Part shown: piece after piece, positions 11,725 through 24,596 of the stretch
How the letters are laid out: each line of letters starts with the position of its first letter
Numbering within the stretch: the stretch's first letter is position 1
From: Felis catus
Taxonomy: Eukaryota
Direction: 5' to 3'
Assembly (NCBI RefSeq): GCF_018350175.1
Contig: NC_058368.1
Span: forward strand, 225,000,001-225,064,000
Length of the DNA stretch: 64,000 nucleotides
Notes under the pieces: generated by a model
Databases searched by the model: none
Seen by the model: only the letters and a program-made list of their open reading frames with translations
What the model was told of the DNA's origin: nothing
Made by a program: the position numbers and the translations under genes

Positions 11725-12480
11725 CTCAACTCCCAAACTGTCTACCAAAATAATCCCATTGGTGCTATCTTCCAAATTTTTCTTGCTATTTCATATTACC
11801 CCCTTAACATCACATCACCCCGGTCCAAAACACCATTGTTTCCTAAACTACTGTAAAAGTCTCTAGTGTTTCCTTTCTCAATTCAGAGTCTGTTAAAACA
11901 TAATAAGATAGTGTCACCCCTTTACTCAGAAATGGCTTCCATTTCATGCAGAAAAAAACAGAAAATCTGTCTATTACGTGTAAAGTCACGCGCATTGTCT
12001 GATCCGTTTTCTTACTAACCTTCCCTTCTACTCTCTCCGTCAGTCACAAAGGCCTCCTTCCCCATCCTTGGACGTGCCAGAATTACTCTGCACACAGATT
12101 TTTTTTGTACTTGATCTTTCCTCAAACTGGAATGCCTTCTTCTCGTATATTTTCATGGCTTGATTTTTTTTTTTTTTCTCTACAGTTTCTATTCAAAATC
12201 CGCTTCTCAGCAAGAACTCCACTGGCCACCACTCCCTCCAACAGACACTGTAGACTCACTGACCCTGTTGCTGGTTCTTATTATTTATCCCTCTCTATCA
12301 CGTATAACTATATAACTGTATTATATACTTTACTTTCATGTCTTCGTTATTGCCTCATTGCCCCACTAGAACGAATAGTGCAGGATCATGAGAACAGGAC
12401 TGCTTTTCTGTTTTATCCACCAATATAGCTTTATCGTTCATCAAGTTGCTTAAAAGGTTGTGTATGCTCAACAAATACCT
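10740..12480 (+). mobile_element. L2 LINE, long degraded 3' portion
   Basis: CCACTGAAACTGCTCTT...GACCTATCAGAAGCATT and a pyrimidine-rich body, ending at TGCTCAACAAATA. Confidence 0.7.
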
Positions 12481-12485
12481 TCTGC

Positions 12486-12710
12486 GGGGCGCCTGGGTGG
12501 CTCAGTCGGTTAAGCATCTGACTTCAGCTCAGGTCATGATCTCATGATTTGTGAGTTTGAGCCCCGCGTCGGGCTCTGTGCTGACAGCTCGGAGCCTGGA
12601 GCCTGCTTCGGATTCTGTCTCCCTCTCTCTGCCGCTCCCCGACTTGCTCGCTCTCTCTCTCTCCTGTCTCTCAAAAAAAAAAGTGAATAAACATTTAAAA
12701 AGTTTTTAAA
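12486..12710 (+). mobile_element. CAN-SINE inserted at the L2 tail
   Basis: GGGGCGCCTGGGTGGCTCAGTCGGTTAAGC head. Approximate TSD AACAAATA(C/T)CTT. Confidence 0.95.
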
Positions 12711-13550
12711 AAACAAATATCTTTTGTTATTTATTGGGTTGAGAGGAGATTTGAGTGGAGATTGGGATGGAAGTGGAGACTGATTTGGGGTTGGAGGTTG
12801 AGGGATACAGAGAAGCTACTGGATATGGGAGATATTGGTAAAGAAAAGAGTGAAGGAGAGGATTTTAAGACGTGCTACTGCAATTTACAAATTAGTTCCC
12901 TCTAACATTTTAATATCAACTTGACCTCTTTTAAGTAATTTTTAGGACTGGACTGCATTTCTGTTCATGGGATCTATGCAGATAGCATGCCACTTAAGAC
13001 CAGGCTTTTTAATGCAATAAAATCAAATTGCAAACGTTTACTTCTGTGTATATCATCAAAAGAAATATAAGTTTCCCCTTGTTGCAAAGCTCAATTCTTT
13101 TTGACCTCTGTGCAACCTTAACGAGGATTTCAGCTCCTTCACCAGTTTCTGGAAGAAATCCAACTGCACCCAGAATATGGTAAAATTGGGGTAGAATTGT
13201 TGAAGGTTTGTTTCAACAGGATCCCTAGGATTCCACTAAAAAGAAATCTTCCTTGAACTGCCTCTTGTCTTCAGTGCTTGCTTTCCACCTGCAGAAATTT
13301 GCGGCCGCTCTGTCGTGGCCCCTGCACCACGGCATCCCCTCTGGCTTTCCCCCTCTTTTATTAGGGCAAGGAGCCCTCTTCGTCCCCCCAGACTTGGACT
13401 TGGATAGTGTCTGTGCAGCAAACTTGATCTTCCCCTGCAATGAATATCTTTAAGAGCTGCTAAAAATATTTTTTCTCCATATTTGTACACTAAGAATGGA
13501 ACAAGAAAGTCAGAAAAATTATTCACTGAAAAAAAAAACCCAAAAAACCA

Positions 13551-13758
13551 GGGGTGTCTGGGTGGCTCAGTGAATTCAGAGTCTGACTCAGTTTCGGTTC
13601 ACATCATGATTGATCCCAGGGTCGTGGGATCAAGTCCTGCATTAGAGTTCTCTCTATCTCTCTCTCTCTCTCCCTCTGCCCTTCTCCCAGCTCTCAGCCT
13701 CTCTCTCCCTCTCTCTCTCTCTCTCTTTCTAAAAATAATAATAGTAATAAGTTTTTAA
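13551..13758 (+). mobile_element. CAN-SINE, older or diverged
   Basis: GGGGTGTCTGGGTGGCTCAG head, long (CT)n tract and A-rich tail. Confidence 0.85.
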
Positions 13759-14560
13759 AGAGAGACAGAGACATCAACTTCTTCTAAAGTCAACAGTGAC
13801 TTTAACTGTTTGTGAGCTATATTGGCAAAGTATATAAATTTCAGAAGCCATCACAAAAACACTTTAACATTTTTTTTTTACTCTGATTAAATTGGATTTA
13901 GAAGCTTGGCACTGAAACCCCCAAAGTTTGGAACTTATAGGAATGTATTAGGTTGTTCGGGATTTTTGTAACTAATGTAAAATTCATTAAAATGGCATTA
14001 TTCACAGGATGAGAATGCACTGAAGGATTAAATTAAAACATAGATTTATTTTTAGGAACAGCCCATCATAGGAAAAAACACATGTTGTTCCTCAGCCTAA
14101 AATTTAATTTAATGTGCAAAAACTAAGTAAATGGCATTTAGTGTTATGAGGAACCACCCCTGGGAATATGCAATGTTTATTTACTTAAAAATTTATTCTC
14201 CTTAAATTCATGAAAGCTACAAACCTGAAATTGTAGTATCGAGGTAGAAGCAAAATTAGATAATGTTTTCTAATAATAACCAAACTAACAGGTTGCTTCT
14301 CACAGTAATTGTTTTTCAGCAAAGAAAGAAATGGAAATATAGAACATTACAGATGATTTCTTAATTAAATGGTATGATATTATTTGCTCTATATTAATCG
14401 TATTCCCAACTCAGTCACCCCACTTTAAAACTACAAACAAATCCTTCCAATTCTTTCTTTGACTCAGGAGTTGTCAGTCTGGGACTTCAGAATCATTTGG
14501 TCTGCTCTGTGGTCTTTTATGGTATATTTCATGTATGGTTTCTAAAATAATAGTAATTTA

Positions 14561-14773
14561 GGGCGCCTGGGTGGCTCAGTCAGTTAAGCGTCCGACTTCA
14601 GCTCAGGTCATGATCTCACAGTCCGTGAGTTCGAGCCCCACGTCAGGCTCTGTGCTGACAGCTCAGAGCCTAGAGCCTGCTTCGGATTCTGTGACTCCCT
14701 CTCTCTCTGACCCTCCCCTGCTCATGCTCTGCCTCTCTCTGTCTCAAAAATAAATTAAAAAAAAAACAACATT
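14561..14773 (+). mobile_element. CAN-SINE
   Basis: Canonical head and body. TSD AAAATAATAGTA(A/G)TTTA. Confidence 0.95.
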
Positions 14774-15739
14774 AAAATAATAGTAGTTTATTGTCCATAA
14801 TTTAGAGACAGTATAGTTTATACCCTTAAGGTTCTTAAATCTTAAAGTAACTTAGAAAAAAAAAAAAAACATGAAGACACGTTCAGCAAAATTTACGTAT
14901 TCGGGCCATATGTCAAAAACTTCCATGAAGGAACCATACAGGATTCAAAGCCCATAAGCTAAAATGTGTCCCCCTGCCCTCCCTTTGCCAAATCTCAGCC
15001 TAGAACAAGAACACTTATGTCATGAGTATGACTTTTAATTTGAATTTAAGAGCCCCCAATTCGATAAAATGGATAACAAATATGAGCAGAAATGGTTTAT
15101 CAGGAAGTAACAAGGTTGATCCCCAAATGAGTGACGGTCTGCAAAGTGGAGCCTCCACGTCCATGAAAGCCCTGAGCCAAAATGAACCCAGTTGACCCAA
15201 AAAAAAAAGCTTAACTCATGAATATAACGTAAGTATCGAAACTAGTACAAGGAAGTCTCACTTGGCAACCCTGAACGCGACAGAAAATTTGTTAACCACA
15301 AATTTGTCACTCAGAAACCCAGATGTCCGTTAGTGGTAATAAGATGGTTGTGTCTGTACATTTGCAGCTTCACATAGCTAGTGGCTGGGTGACAGACAGA
15401 CGTGCTATTGAACCATGTGGACTTCCTCCGACTTTTGGCCATTTTAATACTTCCTTCAACTCTCCCAGCAGTGCGATTTCACTGCCCTTCCTCAACCTTG
15501 CCTAAGGAGACCGACCGGGGTGTCTCCTCCACTTTATATGGAGATCTGACCAGTAGAAGCATCAGATAAATCACTCACAGGTGTGCTAAGAGAACATTTT
15601 AGTGTTTGGGGAGGAATATCGGAACTACGGGGACACAGAAAGCCCTAAGTGTGCGGTAAACAGGTACTTACAGTCATGACACTGGCAGGAACCTAAACAG
15701 CTTAAGCAAAACCAGAAATCTATCAGTTCGTGGAATTGA

Positions 15740-16060
15740 ATGAAACACCAGATGAACAGATCAACAACAAATACGTGAAATAAGAACATGGGAGTGCGGG
15801 TGGTAATTCCACAGGCTTCTTCAGCGCGGGGTGATCCCTGCTCCTGATTTCTGCCTCTCCGTGCTCGTGAGCTTTGTCCTTCCCTGCAGGCTGACTGCCT
15901 TCACACCGCACGAGACACGGCCCCCGACAGCTCCTGAGTTCGGCTTCTTTCTGCTCAGTCCCCAGTACAGGTTTAAGGCACAGACCTCCAATGCCAACTC
16001 TGAGTAATAGCGATTGCTATACCAACTTTGGCTGGGATGACCCCAAGATTTTCCTGCCAT
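15740..16060 (-). mobile_element. Possible MaLR (MLT1-type) LTR fragment
   Basis: Weak resemblance to an MLT1 body (TCTGCCTCTCCGTGCTCGTGAGCTTTGTCCTTCCCTGCAGGCTG). Confidence 0.35.
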
Positions 16061-16340
16061 CTCATTAAAGACTTCTGGGGCACGTGTGCAATATATTTTA
16101 CATCATTACCCTTATTTGATTCTTGTGCTAGTTAATATAAAGACAAGATCTATTCTTATATATTGGATTTTACTCATGTTTTATGCCCTTTGGCATAAAT
16201 CAAATGGAATCAAATGTTTGATTATAAGTTGAATGTTTCAAATCTTGGTAACTTCACATAGAGATAAATAATATCATATTATTTGTTTTTCTATAATATT
16301 GTATTTTCTATTTTTATGTAATAATATAATACGGATTTAC

Positions 16341-16510
16341 TTTTTTTTAGTGTTTATTATTGAAAGAGAGAGAGCAGGGGAGGGACAGAGATTTGAAGCA
16401 GGCTCTGTTCTGGCCGCAGAGAGCCTGATGTGGGGCTCCAACTCACTAACCATGAGATCATGACCTGGACCAAAGTCAGAGGCTTAACCAACCAAGCCAC
16501 CCAGGGGCCT
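16341..16510 (-). mobile_element. CAN-SINE
   Basis: Reverse-complement SINE. Approximate TSD AATA(C/T)GGATTTACTTT. Confidence 0.9.
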
Positions 16511-17644
16511 AATATGGATTTACTTTTTAACTGAAAAGCTTACTTAGAGAATGTGAGATTTCAGCATCCCTTAATGTTTCTTTTTTCTCTCATTGCCAAT
16601 AAAGAAGCCATTAAAAGTAAAGAGAAGATCATTTTTTTTCAGTTTATATTTTCAATAGTAAAATAGACTTTGTACTGTACCCAAGATCTGGTTTCCTTTT
16701 CTTGTTGATGAGTCTCAAGTCAAATTTAAGTCAATGGGACCTTTGGAGATTGGGGTTGAAGTTAATGTTGACTTGGTGTTGGTGTTGACTTGGTTGTATT
16801 CTGGAACTTCTGTATTCTAACGAAGCTATACTGGTAATCATAATCACGAGAAGAATTATATTCATGTGATTTAAGTCAACAAATACACTCTTCAAGCTTA
16901 CTCTTCAAGGCCTCCCCACCTCGAATTTCCTACTCACTTCTTGGTGATCTAACTTTGCAGAAAACCATCAAGGAGCCTATCAATCATTACATGTCCACAT
17001 CTAGAATTTTCATTTCTAGGGAAAAATAATGCAGATTTCTGACTACTCTTAAGGGAATCACTTTATTAGTTTCTCTACTAATTTTTCTTAAATAAAAAAT
17101 TACAAGAGGGAGGAAAGAAAACGGACTAAAATATCCAAGCTTTGTTTGGTATTAAGCTTCTAAAAGATTCATTCATGTTGCATATGTTTATAGAAGGATA
17201 ATTCAATCAGGGTCATAGATATCTCAATAAATTGTGCTTTGAGAGTTGAATAGTCTCAAGTCATATGAGAAACTGATTATCTACCAGACTCCCAAAGGGT
17301 CAAAGAGCACACGTGGAGACCACAAACGGAGCGGGCATCTTCTCATTGCTTCTCACCTCAGACAGGAGGATGGTTTTACTGCTACAGAAAAAAGAAACCT
17401 ACTGGCCAAACACAGATAGATTCAAGAACATGCATCTTTTTATAATGCACACATGTGTTTTCTTTTCCAGTTCTGTCTCCCTCCCTCCTACCTGAATGCA
17501 GCTCCATCATTCTTATGGGAACATAGACACATTTCATGGGAAATGATGGAAGTAAATCAACAATTTTTTTTAAATCAACAATTTTTCAAAGGACATCAAA
17601 AATGGTACCTCTCAGTGGTTTCTTTTGTTTTTGTTTTTCTTGTT

Positions 17645-18125
17645 TTTACGTTTTAGCTGTACTAAGGTATGACTGACAAAAGTGTAAAATACTTAAAGTA
17701 TACATCATGGTGATTCAACATTTATATATACGCCATATATATAATATATAATAATATATTATAATATTATAAAATAATATTATAAAATATATATAGTATA
17801 TAAAATAATATAATAATATTATAAAATAATATAAAATAATATATTATAATATTATAATATATACAATAATACAATATATAATACAATGCAATACAATAAT
17901 ATAATACATTACTATATATATTATATACAATATATGATGTATATATAATATATAATGTATATGTATATGTAATGTATGTAATGTGTAATATGTAACGTAT
18001 AATGTACATACAATATATAATGTACAATGTATATATTATATATAATATATAATATAATACAATACAATAGAATTATATATATATGGTAAAAAGATTCTTC
18101 CATCTAGTTAACACATCTGTTATAT
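17645..18125 (-). mobile_element. L1 3'-end fragment containing an expanded AT-rich microsatellite
   Basis: AGGTATGACTGACAAAAGTGTAAAATACTTAAAGTATACATCATG on the left and TAGTTAACACATCTGTTAT on the right of the (TA)-rich tract. Confidence 0.55.
17736..18083. repeat. About 350 bp (TA)/(ATA) low-complexity tract
   Basis: Directly visible. Confidence 0.95.
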
Positions 18126-18423
18126 CGTGTTCCATTTTTTTTCTGAAAATACTAATGGGTAAGAGCTCTGGCCAATCAACCTTACTTGGCTGGTACTCTC
18201 CACTTGCTCTGAGTCAAGTCAAAAGAACGCATGTGTTAGGCATCTTTTGGGTAGAAATAGCAAAGAGATCCCCACTTTTGGGAGAATCTGCCAGCTGAAA
18301 ACAAAACCTTCATAGGTGCGCAAAGATCATTGTATGGATTTTCTCTCTAGTAGAATACATTTCAACATTCTTCTGAAAGACAAAAAGGATTTTCCAGATT
18401 TGTTATTAAATTGTTTTTATAAT

Positions 18424-18622
18424 TTTCTTTTTTTAGTGTTTATTTAGTTTGAGAGAGAGAGAAAGCAAGCAGGGGAGGGGCAGAGAGAGAGGGAGAGAAT
18501 CCCAAGCAGGCTTCTCGATGTCAGCCCAGAGCCCTCGTGGGACTCGATCTCATGAACTGATATCATGACCTGAGCCAAAATCAAGTGTCCGATCCTTAAC
18601 CGACTGAGCCACCCAGGCGTCC
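18424..18622 (-). mobile_element. CAN-SINE
   Basis: Ends in CCGACTGAGCCACCCAGGCGTCC, with a (GA)n tract and T-tail. Confidence 0.93.
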
Positions 18623-18762
18623 TGTCATAGAATTCTGTTTTAATGAAACATTATTCTGAAAGATCAAAGTTTTGCCCAAGATGTTATTACAAAATCAACT
18701 CGTGAAAATGTTATGGCAACAGCAATGCCAATGAATGTACCACGATGACTCGGGAAAAGATA

Positions 18763-19366
18763 CAATCAATTCCTATTTTGAATGCCTGTTTTGAAATGCA
18801 AATTTTGTTCCACCACAATTAATGTGTTGGGGTAAAATTTGAGCACAGCAAGAATCTTGAATTTCATCTTGTGGTTTGCTTGTGGTTTCATCTGCAAGAA
18901 GCCCTAGGTGAACATGGAAAATACAACTAAGCTAAACTGAGCTGAGTAGAAATACAGCAGACTCATCAACAAGAGCATTTATCAGCTACCTCAGTCCACT
19001 CACACGTTAGGAGTCACGCCCGTCCACATGGGATGTCAACCTTCACGTGACTCCAGAGTCACTGCTCTCCCACCACGTCATGACACGCAAGCTGTAGCAA
19101 GCCCACAAGCAAACTTCAGATTAAAGAGCCATATTTATTGTCTTTATGTATTGTATATGCATTTCTGTATTTCTTAATCCTTTAGGATATACAAGAGTAT
19201 GCTACCTGCTTTATTCGGTTGCTATCCTTTTACGTGTCAATGACAAATGTTTTGAGTGTTAAACACCTAAGCCTTCTTTTGCCCACACTCTCTTTTAGTT
19301 TACGTAATTCTGCATACCAGGGTGACCTTTAAGAAAATGAATGCCATGTTACAGCAGAACTGACTG
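18763..19366 (+). mobile_element. TcMar-Tigger non-autonomous element (Tigger8-like)
   Basis: TA|CAATCAATTCCTATT ... GCAGAACTGACTG|TA: degenerate terminal inverted repeats with a TA target duplication. The internal sequence resembles recalled Tigger8. Confidence 0.65.
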
Positions 19367-19371
19367 TACTT

Positions 19372-19580
19372 GGGGGCACCTGGGTGGCTCGGTCGGTTAA
19401 GCATCTGACTCTCGGTTTTGGCTCAGGTCATGATCTTGTGATTTCTTGGGTTCCAGCCCCATGTTGGGCTCTGTGCTGACAGTGCACAGGCTGCTTGGGA
19501 TTCTTTCTCCCTCTCTCTGCCCCTCTTCCACTCATACTGTCTCTGTCTCTCAAAATAAATTAACTTAAAAAAAAAAAAAA
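19372..19580 (+). mobile_element. CAN-SINE
   Basis: Canonical head and A-tail. Approximate TSD GAACTGACTGTAC / GAACTGCTTGTAC. Confidence 0.95.
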
Positions 19581-21387
19581 GAACTGCTTGTACCTGTACT
19601 TTTCATAAGGAAGGAAAGTTTAACAAGATAAAAAAAATCGAACGACCCAACAACATGCTATAGACCACTCACTTATCTGACTAAGAGATCTTGTTCTGTG
19701 ATGATCATATGAAAATTAGATCCATAGCTTGAGCCCAGACACATGTTACAGCAAGACTCAAATGTAGCCCTAAATGTCATTGTGTTTTTCATGATTGAGG
19801 TAAGTCTTGTGCTTTCCTGAAGAACCTCCTTGAGAAAGAATTTGTACTATAAACATCAGGATAGGAGCAGAAGGGTGGATTGGTGAAAACAAAGGCTTAA
19901 AATCAATTTAAGGCCACTAAAATGAAATGAAATGGCTTGATTCACATTTGATCACTGACCAAAACAGAGCCATTTGCAAATAGCCCATTCTCATATATTT
20001 GCAGAATTCAGTGCCCAAAATCACATTGTATGCAACACAGCACTGTTAAAGGACTTAGGCATTGGAACTGCTTCTATCACTGTAATGTTTTGGGAAGTGG
20101 GGGCAGTTTGTTTTTGTTTTGTATTTTTTGCTTCTTTATCTTGGGTACAAGAGAAAAAAAAAACCTGGCAAACTAAACAACTAGTCTATTTCTCGTCTTG
20201 CTGAGAACTTAATGTCTTGGTTTGAATTTACAAGGCAATGGTTTACTATTACAGTAGGACAAAATTTGGGTTTGTGAACAAAATCTATCCGAAGCCAGTG
20301 ATACAGCCACTCTAAAAGCTAATTATGTTTTTATCTTTGTTTGAGTGGGGCGGTGTAGTACTTTTCAAAATACATTACATTTTGTTCTGTCAGAATATGG
20401 CAGAAAAAAAGAAAAATGCCAACATGCCTATCAGTTGAGATTGTCGTTAAACCTTTAGAAGAAAAATGTTTCCATCTTCCAATTTGTTCCCTTCCTTTTA
20501 GAAAGAAGGATGGACTAGACAACAAGAAGTAAAGGGAAAGTTTCATCTTCTCTGCCGGTTCCATCGACTAGGATAAGACTGAGTTTTCCGGAAAGAATTA
20601 TCAGAATCCATTATATGTGTCTGCTCTTTTCTCCAAACCTTAGGCATCCAGGTCTTTAGTTTGTATTAGGTCTCACTCACACTGTCTTGTTCTGAGCAGA
20701 GCAGACCTATCACCCATTTGCATTTGCATTTGCATTTGCCCCGGACTGTGGATTGAGTTACAATGTGTATTGAAGCAAACTCCTCGTACCAATAGGCCAC
20801 CAGTATACTACACCCATCCCAGTTGGATCAACACCAGTGAGAAACCCCTCTTGATTTCCAACGTCTTTCTTGAAGACCTTGTCATTCAATAGACCAAAGT
20901 ACCCGGTCATGCCACCACGGCCCCCACCACCACCAATGACTAGGATCTGTCTCCTTGTTTTCCATAAGCAAAAATTAAGTAATCGTGAATGAAGCAGGAA
21001 AAGAAGAAAATACGACTATTTCCAAGAAGTCATCACATTTTGCAGGATCACATTAAAGGCCTAAACCTCGGAGATCTGACGACGAACTGATAGAGTTCAT
21101 TCAGAAATCCAAAACAATATGATGCTCCAAAGTGGGCTCGGGAAGTTATAGAAGCTGTAAAGAAGAGACCAAAAGGTATACATAAGCTATGCATCAAAGT
21201 ATTTTAAACAGGCAACAAGCCTAGCCAGCAGACCCAGAATAATATAGTCCATTGTCAGGATCTTTCTTGTGTTGGTGAAAAACAACAGACTAATTTAGCC
21301 TCTCACCAGGAAACACTGCAATACATCAAACTAAAGCCCTGTGTTCTGATGCGAGTTTCCTGATCAGAATTTGACTTCCCTTACGGG

Positions 21388-21430
21388 CTGACCCATAGGG
21401 AGAGAAGGTACTGACCCATAGGGAGAGAGG
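21388..21430. repeat. 23-bp tandem duplication
   Basis: CTGACCCATAGGGAGAGAAGGTA followed by CTGACCCATAGGGAGAGAGG. Confidence 0.85.
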
Positions 21431-22029
21431 TTTTCAGTACTCTGGTTCCTATGACAGTTACAGCCTCCCTGGAAAATGTATAAATTTGCATTCTATGTCC
21501 ATACGTCAGCCTCAGGGTCAATTAATATGAGCCTGACCTTAGAGATAGATGATTGTCAACTGCCTGACAAAACCAAGCTTCCAAGTCTGTAGGCCTAGGC
21601 ACCTTAATGACTCTCTAGGGTAATGCCTCCATAGCAGGTATTAGCAAAAAAGAGTGCAGACATAAAGTTGTTTGAATGAGTGAGTTGTTTCTTATTGAGA
21701 TTTCTAAATTCCAACCAGCTCATTCATAGGATCCATATTGCCCCTGACTCACTTGACTTTGTACAGGAAGGGCCATTTGAATTTTCTGCTGTACAGACAT
21801 CTAGTTATTACCACTACCACCATCACCATGTTTGACTTCTCAGTCACCCGTATCTTCTGAAATCAAATATAAATATATATGTTGATATAACAGAAATGTA
21901 TTCCTACTTGAGAATGTCCCCTGCAACAGGGTTGGTTCTCGCTTCTTCACTCGATCCCAACCCTCCTCTTTTGGTAAAATTCTACATAGGATGCCCATAC
22001 AGGAATAAATGGCATTTGCCTTCTTTTGG

Positions 22030-22200
22030 GGGGGGGGTGACATCAGAAGAGGGGCAGAGGGAGAGAAAAAGAAAATCTTGAGCAGGATCCATGCCCAGCA
22101 CGGAGCCCTGTGCGGGACTCAATCCCACGACACTGAGATCATGACCTGAGCCAAAATCAAGAGTTCGATGCAAAACCAACTGAGCCATCCAGGTGTCCCT
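22030..22200 (-). mobile_element. CAN-SINE with a decayed tail
   Basis: GAGATCATGACCTGAGCCAAAATCAAGAG...CTGAGCCATCCAGGTGTCCC. Confidence 0.9.
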
Positions 22201-22814
22201 AAATAGCTTTAAGACAAAATTCTCAAAGATGTGTTGCCCACCTGCCTGTAGCCCTTTCTAGGTGGAAAAATATTGACTCTACTAATCATAATGTGTACCC
22301 CATTAGTGTCTGTAGAATAGTACCTATAGAACATTATAAACATGACAAATAACTTAAATGGGAAGGTCAAGTTCATTAAGCATGATAACTGTGGCAATGG
22401 AATACACTCTAAGTATATCAGACTCAAGTTCCTCCCAAGGGGCTGGTGATTATTCTCAGCCTGCTAGAGATAACAAAAATGTTCCGGAACAGCCTGGAAG
22501 TTTTCAGTGTATCCCTTATTACACTAGTCCTGTGACTATCTACCACTTGCTTCAGGAAGTTTATTAAAAAGTCTTAGACATACTAATATACCTGATTAAA
22601 AAATTACTTTTTAGAAGGGAATATTTACCCACAAACTTTAATGGAAGGCTTTGCTTCTCTCTAACATGATCACTCAATGTTAGCTTTGGCTTTACCAACC
22701 TGTTTCTAAAACCCAAATAATTCCTGTTCCTTTATTTCATTTTCTTTCCTATTAAGGTTTTCTCACACCCAATCAAGTTTCCCCTTTGGGGTTAGCATCC
22801 CTTTTACGGAACAG

Positions 22815-23200
22815 ACACAGTATTGGGCTCTCTATAATGGTAAAAAGAAGTAAAAAGTGAAACCATGCCTTCAGTGACCTTCCAGTACACAGGGATATCA
22901 GGCAGAGTCATATAAAACAATTCTATCTTGAAAGGGGAAATAAGTCAGTGCCAAGAGATTAGTAATACATAAAATGTATCTGTAGTAGAAGAGATACATT
23001 ATTTTCAAGTAGAAAGGCACTTAAATTTTCTTGGAAAAGAAAAGTTTGATCTGCAACTCAAAGGATGTGTAGGTTTTAGATGAACAAAGATAAAGGCGAA
23101 GGAATAGTGGGGGCAAAGGGGAGGTTGAGTGGGGTGGCAGGGAAATGGGATGTGTCAGACATGTACGAGATGTGGCAGAAATGACTGCCAGAATCCATTT
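22815..23200 (-). mobile_element. L2 fragment
   Basis: Purine-rich antisense L2-like text (CCATGCCTTCAGTGACCTTCCAGT...TTTGATCTGCAACTCAAAGGATGTGTAGG). Confidence 0.45.
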
Positions 23201-23847
23201 GTTGGTAGCCCCCTCGTGAATTCTCTGATTTTGGCAACATACCAACTCTGACACAGACACAGATTCATGCATTGCCAAAAAAGACTCCATTCTTCCCAAA
23301 TGCGTTGCTGAGCAAGGTAAAGTTAGCAGGAGATTTTGTAGGGAAGATAGGGAGTGAGGAATAGTGGTTTCCATGATATAATCATGACTAGACCTCTATT
23401 CAAATGGTTTCTTCTCTGGGAAATTTTACTGCCAGAGAAGCCAAGATTCTTTCTTCCTCAGACTGTACCCCTGGGGCTCTGCCTTATGGCACCTTTTTCT
23501 CTGTCTTTTCTTTGTTATGTAGAGGAACTTCCCTCTTTCTCTTGCTATCTGAGTGTCTTCCTAAGGATCACTTTTCCCTTTGGGGAGGACTCACCAAGAC
23601 CTCATCTTCAAACACTGTGCCATTCTGCTTTCAGATGCTAAAAAAAAATGGATTTCCCCTGTGTATCCCCATTAAGTAGGAAGGGAAAGCATTTACTTAG
23701 TGGAAGAATGAAAGGAAGAATGGAAAGTCAGATTTCGGCCAAAAGGTAGAGCGTTCTTGGAATTCAAACACTACTCGGGACCCTTCTGAAATGGATAAGC
23801 AGGGTCACGTGACGAAAAGAGTGTTTTGTGGAAATTAATTCATGGGC

Positions 23848-24028
23848 TGGGGCCAGCTTCATAGGTATGTTGCCTGTGCTATCAGCCTCACAGGTCCTGG
23901 GCCCAGAGAGCCCCACACATGCTCTAATGCCCTGTTCTTGCCAGGTTAAAATTCTTTATTATTTCTGAACTGGGGGCGCGGTGCCTTTTCATTTCACACT
24001 GGGTCCCTCAAATATGTAGCTCTTTCTG
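23848..24028. mobile_element. hAT-Tip100 MITE (MER91A-like)
   Basis: GGGGCCAGCTTCATAGGTATGTTGCCTGTGC...TTTTCATTTCACACTGGGTCCC resembles recalled MER91A. Confidence 0.65.
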
Positions 24029-24361
24029 CCAGAGATAGGCTGATAGCCAGCCTCTAGCAAAACACCTGGTGCCTATAGTTACATATTTGCTAAATGAAAG
24101 AACTATATTTTTTCAATACATTGTGCGCAGGAAATTGAAAAGGGAACAGAATGCAGAGGTGTTTTGCAGATGTCCCAGTAGAAGGTAATGTGTGCTGACC
24201 GAGAGGAGGCCATACAGAACACGGGTCCAGGTAGAGACCTGAGTATCAGACCCAGGCTCGAAGGTAATTGTCTCACTACAATCCAGGTCGGCTTTCTGAG
24301 CTTTGATTTCTCACGGGTAGCTAGGATGACCTCCAGCCTCGCTGGGGACTTTTCTCTTCTT

Positions 24362-24397
24362 CTTTTTTTTTTTTTTTAAGTTTATTTATTGAGAGAC

Positions 24398-24432
<35 letters not shown>

Positions 24433-24596
24433 GTGGGGAGGGGCAGAGAAAGAGGGATACAGAGAGAATCCCAAGCAGGCTCCATGCTGTCAGCACAGAG
24501 CCTGACGTGGGACTCGATCCCACGAACCCATGAGATTATGGCCTGAGCCAAAAACCAAGTCAGATGCGTAACCAACGGAGCCACCCAGGTGCTCCT
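24362..24596 (-). mobile_element. CAN-SINE
   Basis: T-tail, (GA)n tract and canonical body. Confidence 0.95.

Noticed and set aside
13130..13210. Peptide-like LLHQFLEEIQLHPEYG after an AG
   Set aside because: Weak splice signals and no recognised homolog.
14571..14753. Recurrent MAQSVK.../VAQSV... short ORFs and tRNA-like sequences
   Set aside because: These are translations and tRNA-derived heads of CAN-SINEs, not genes or tRNAs.
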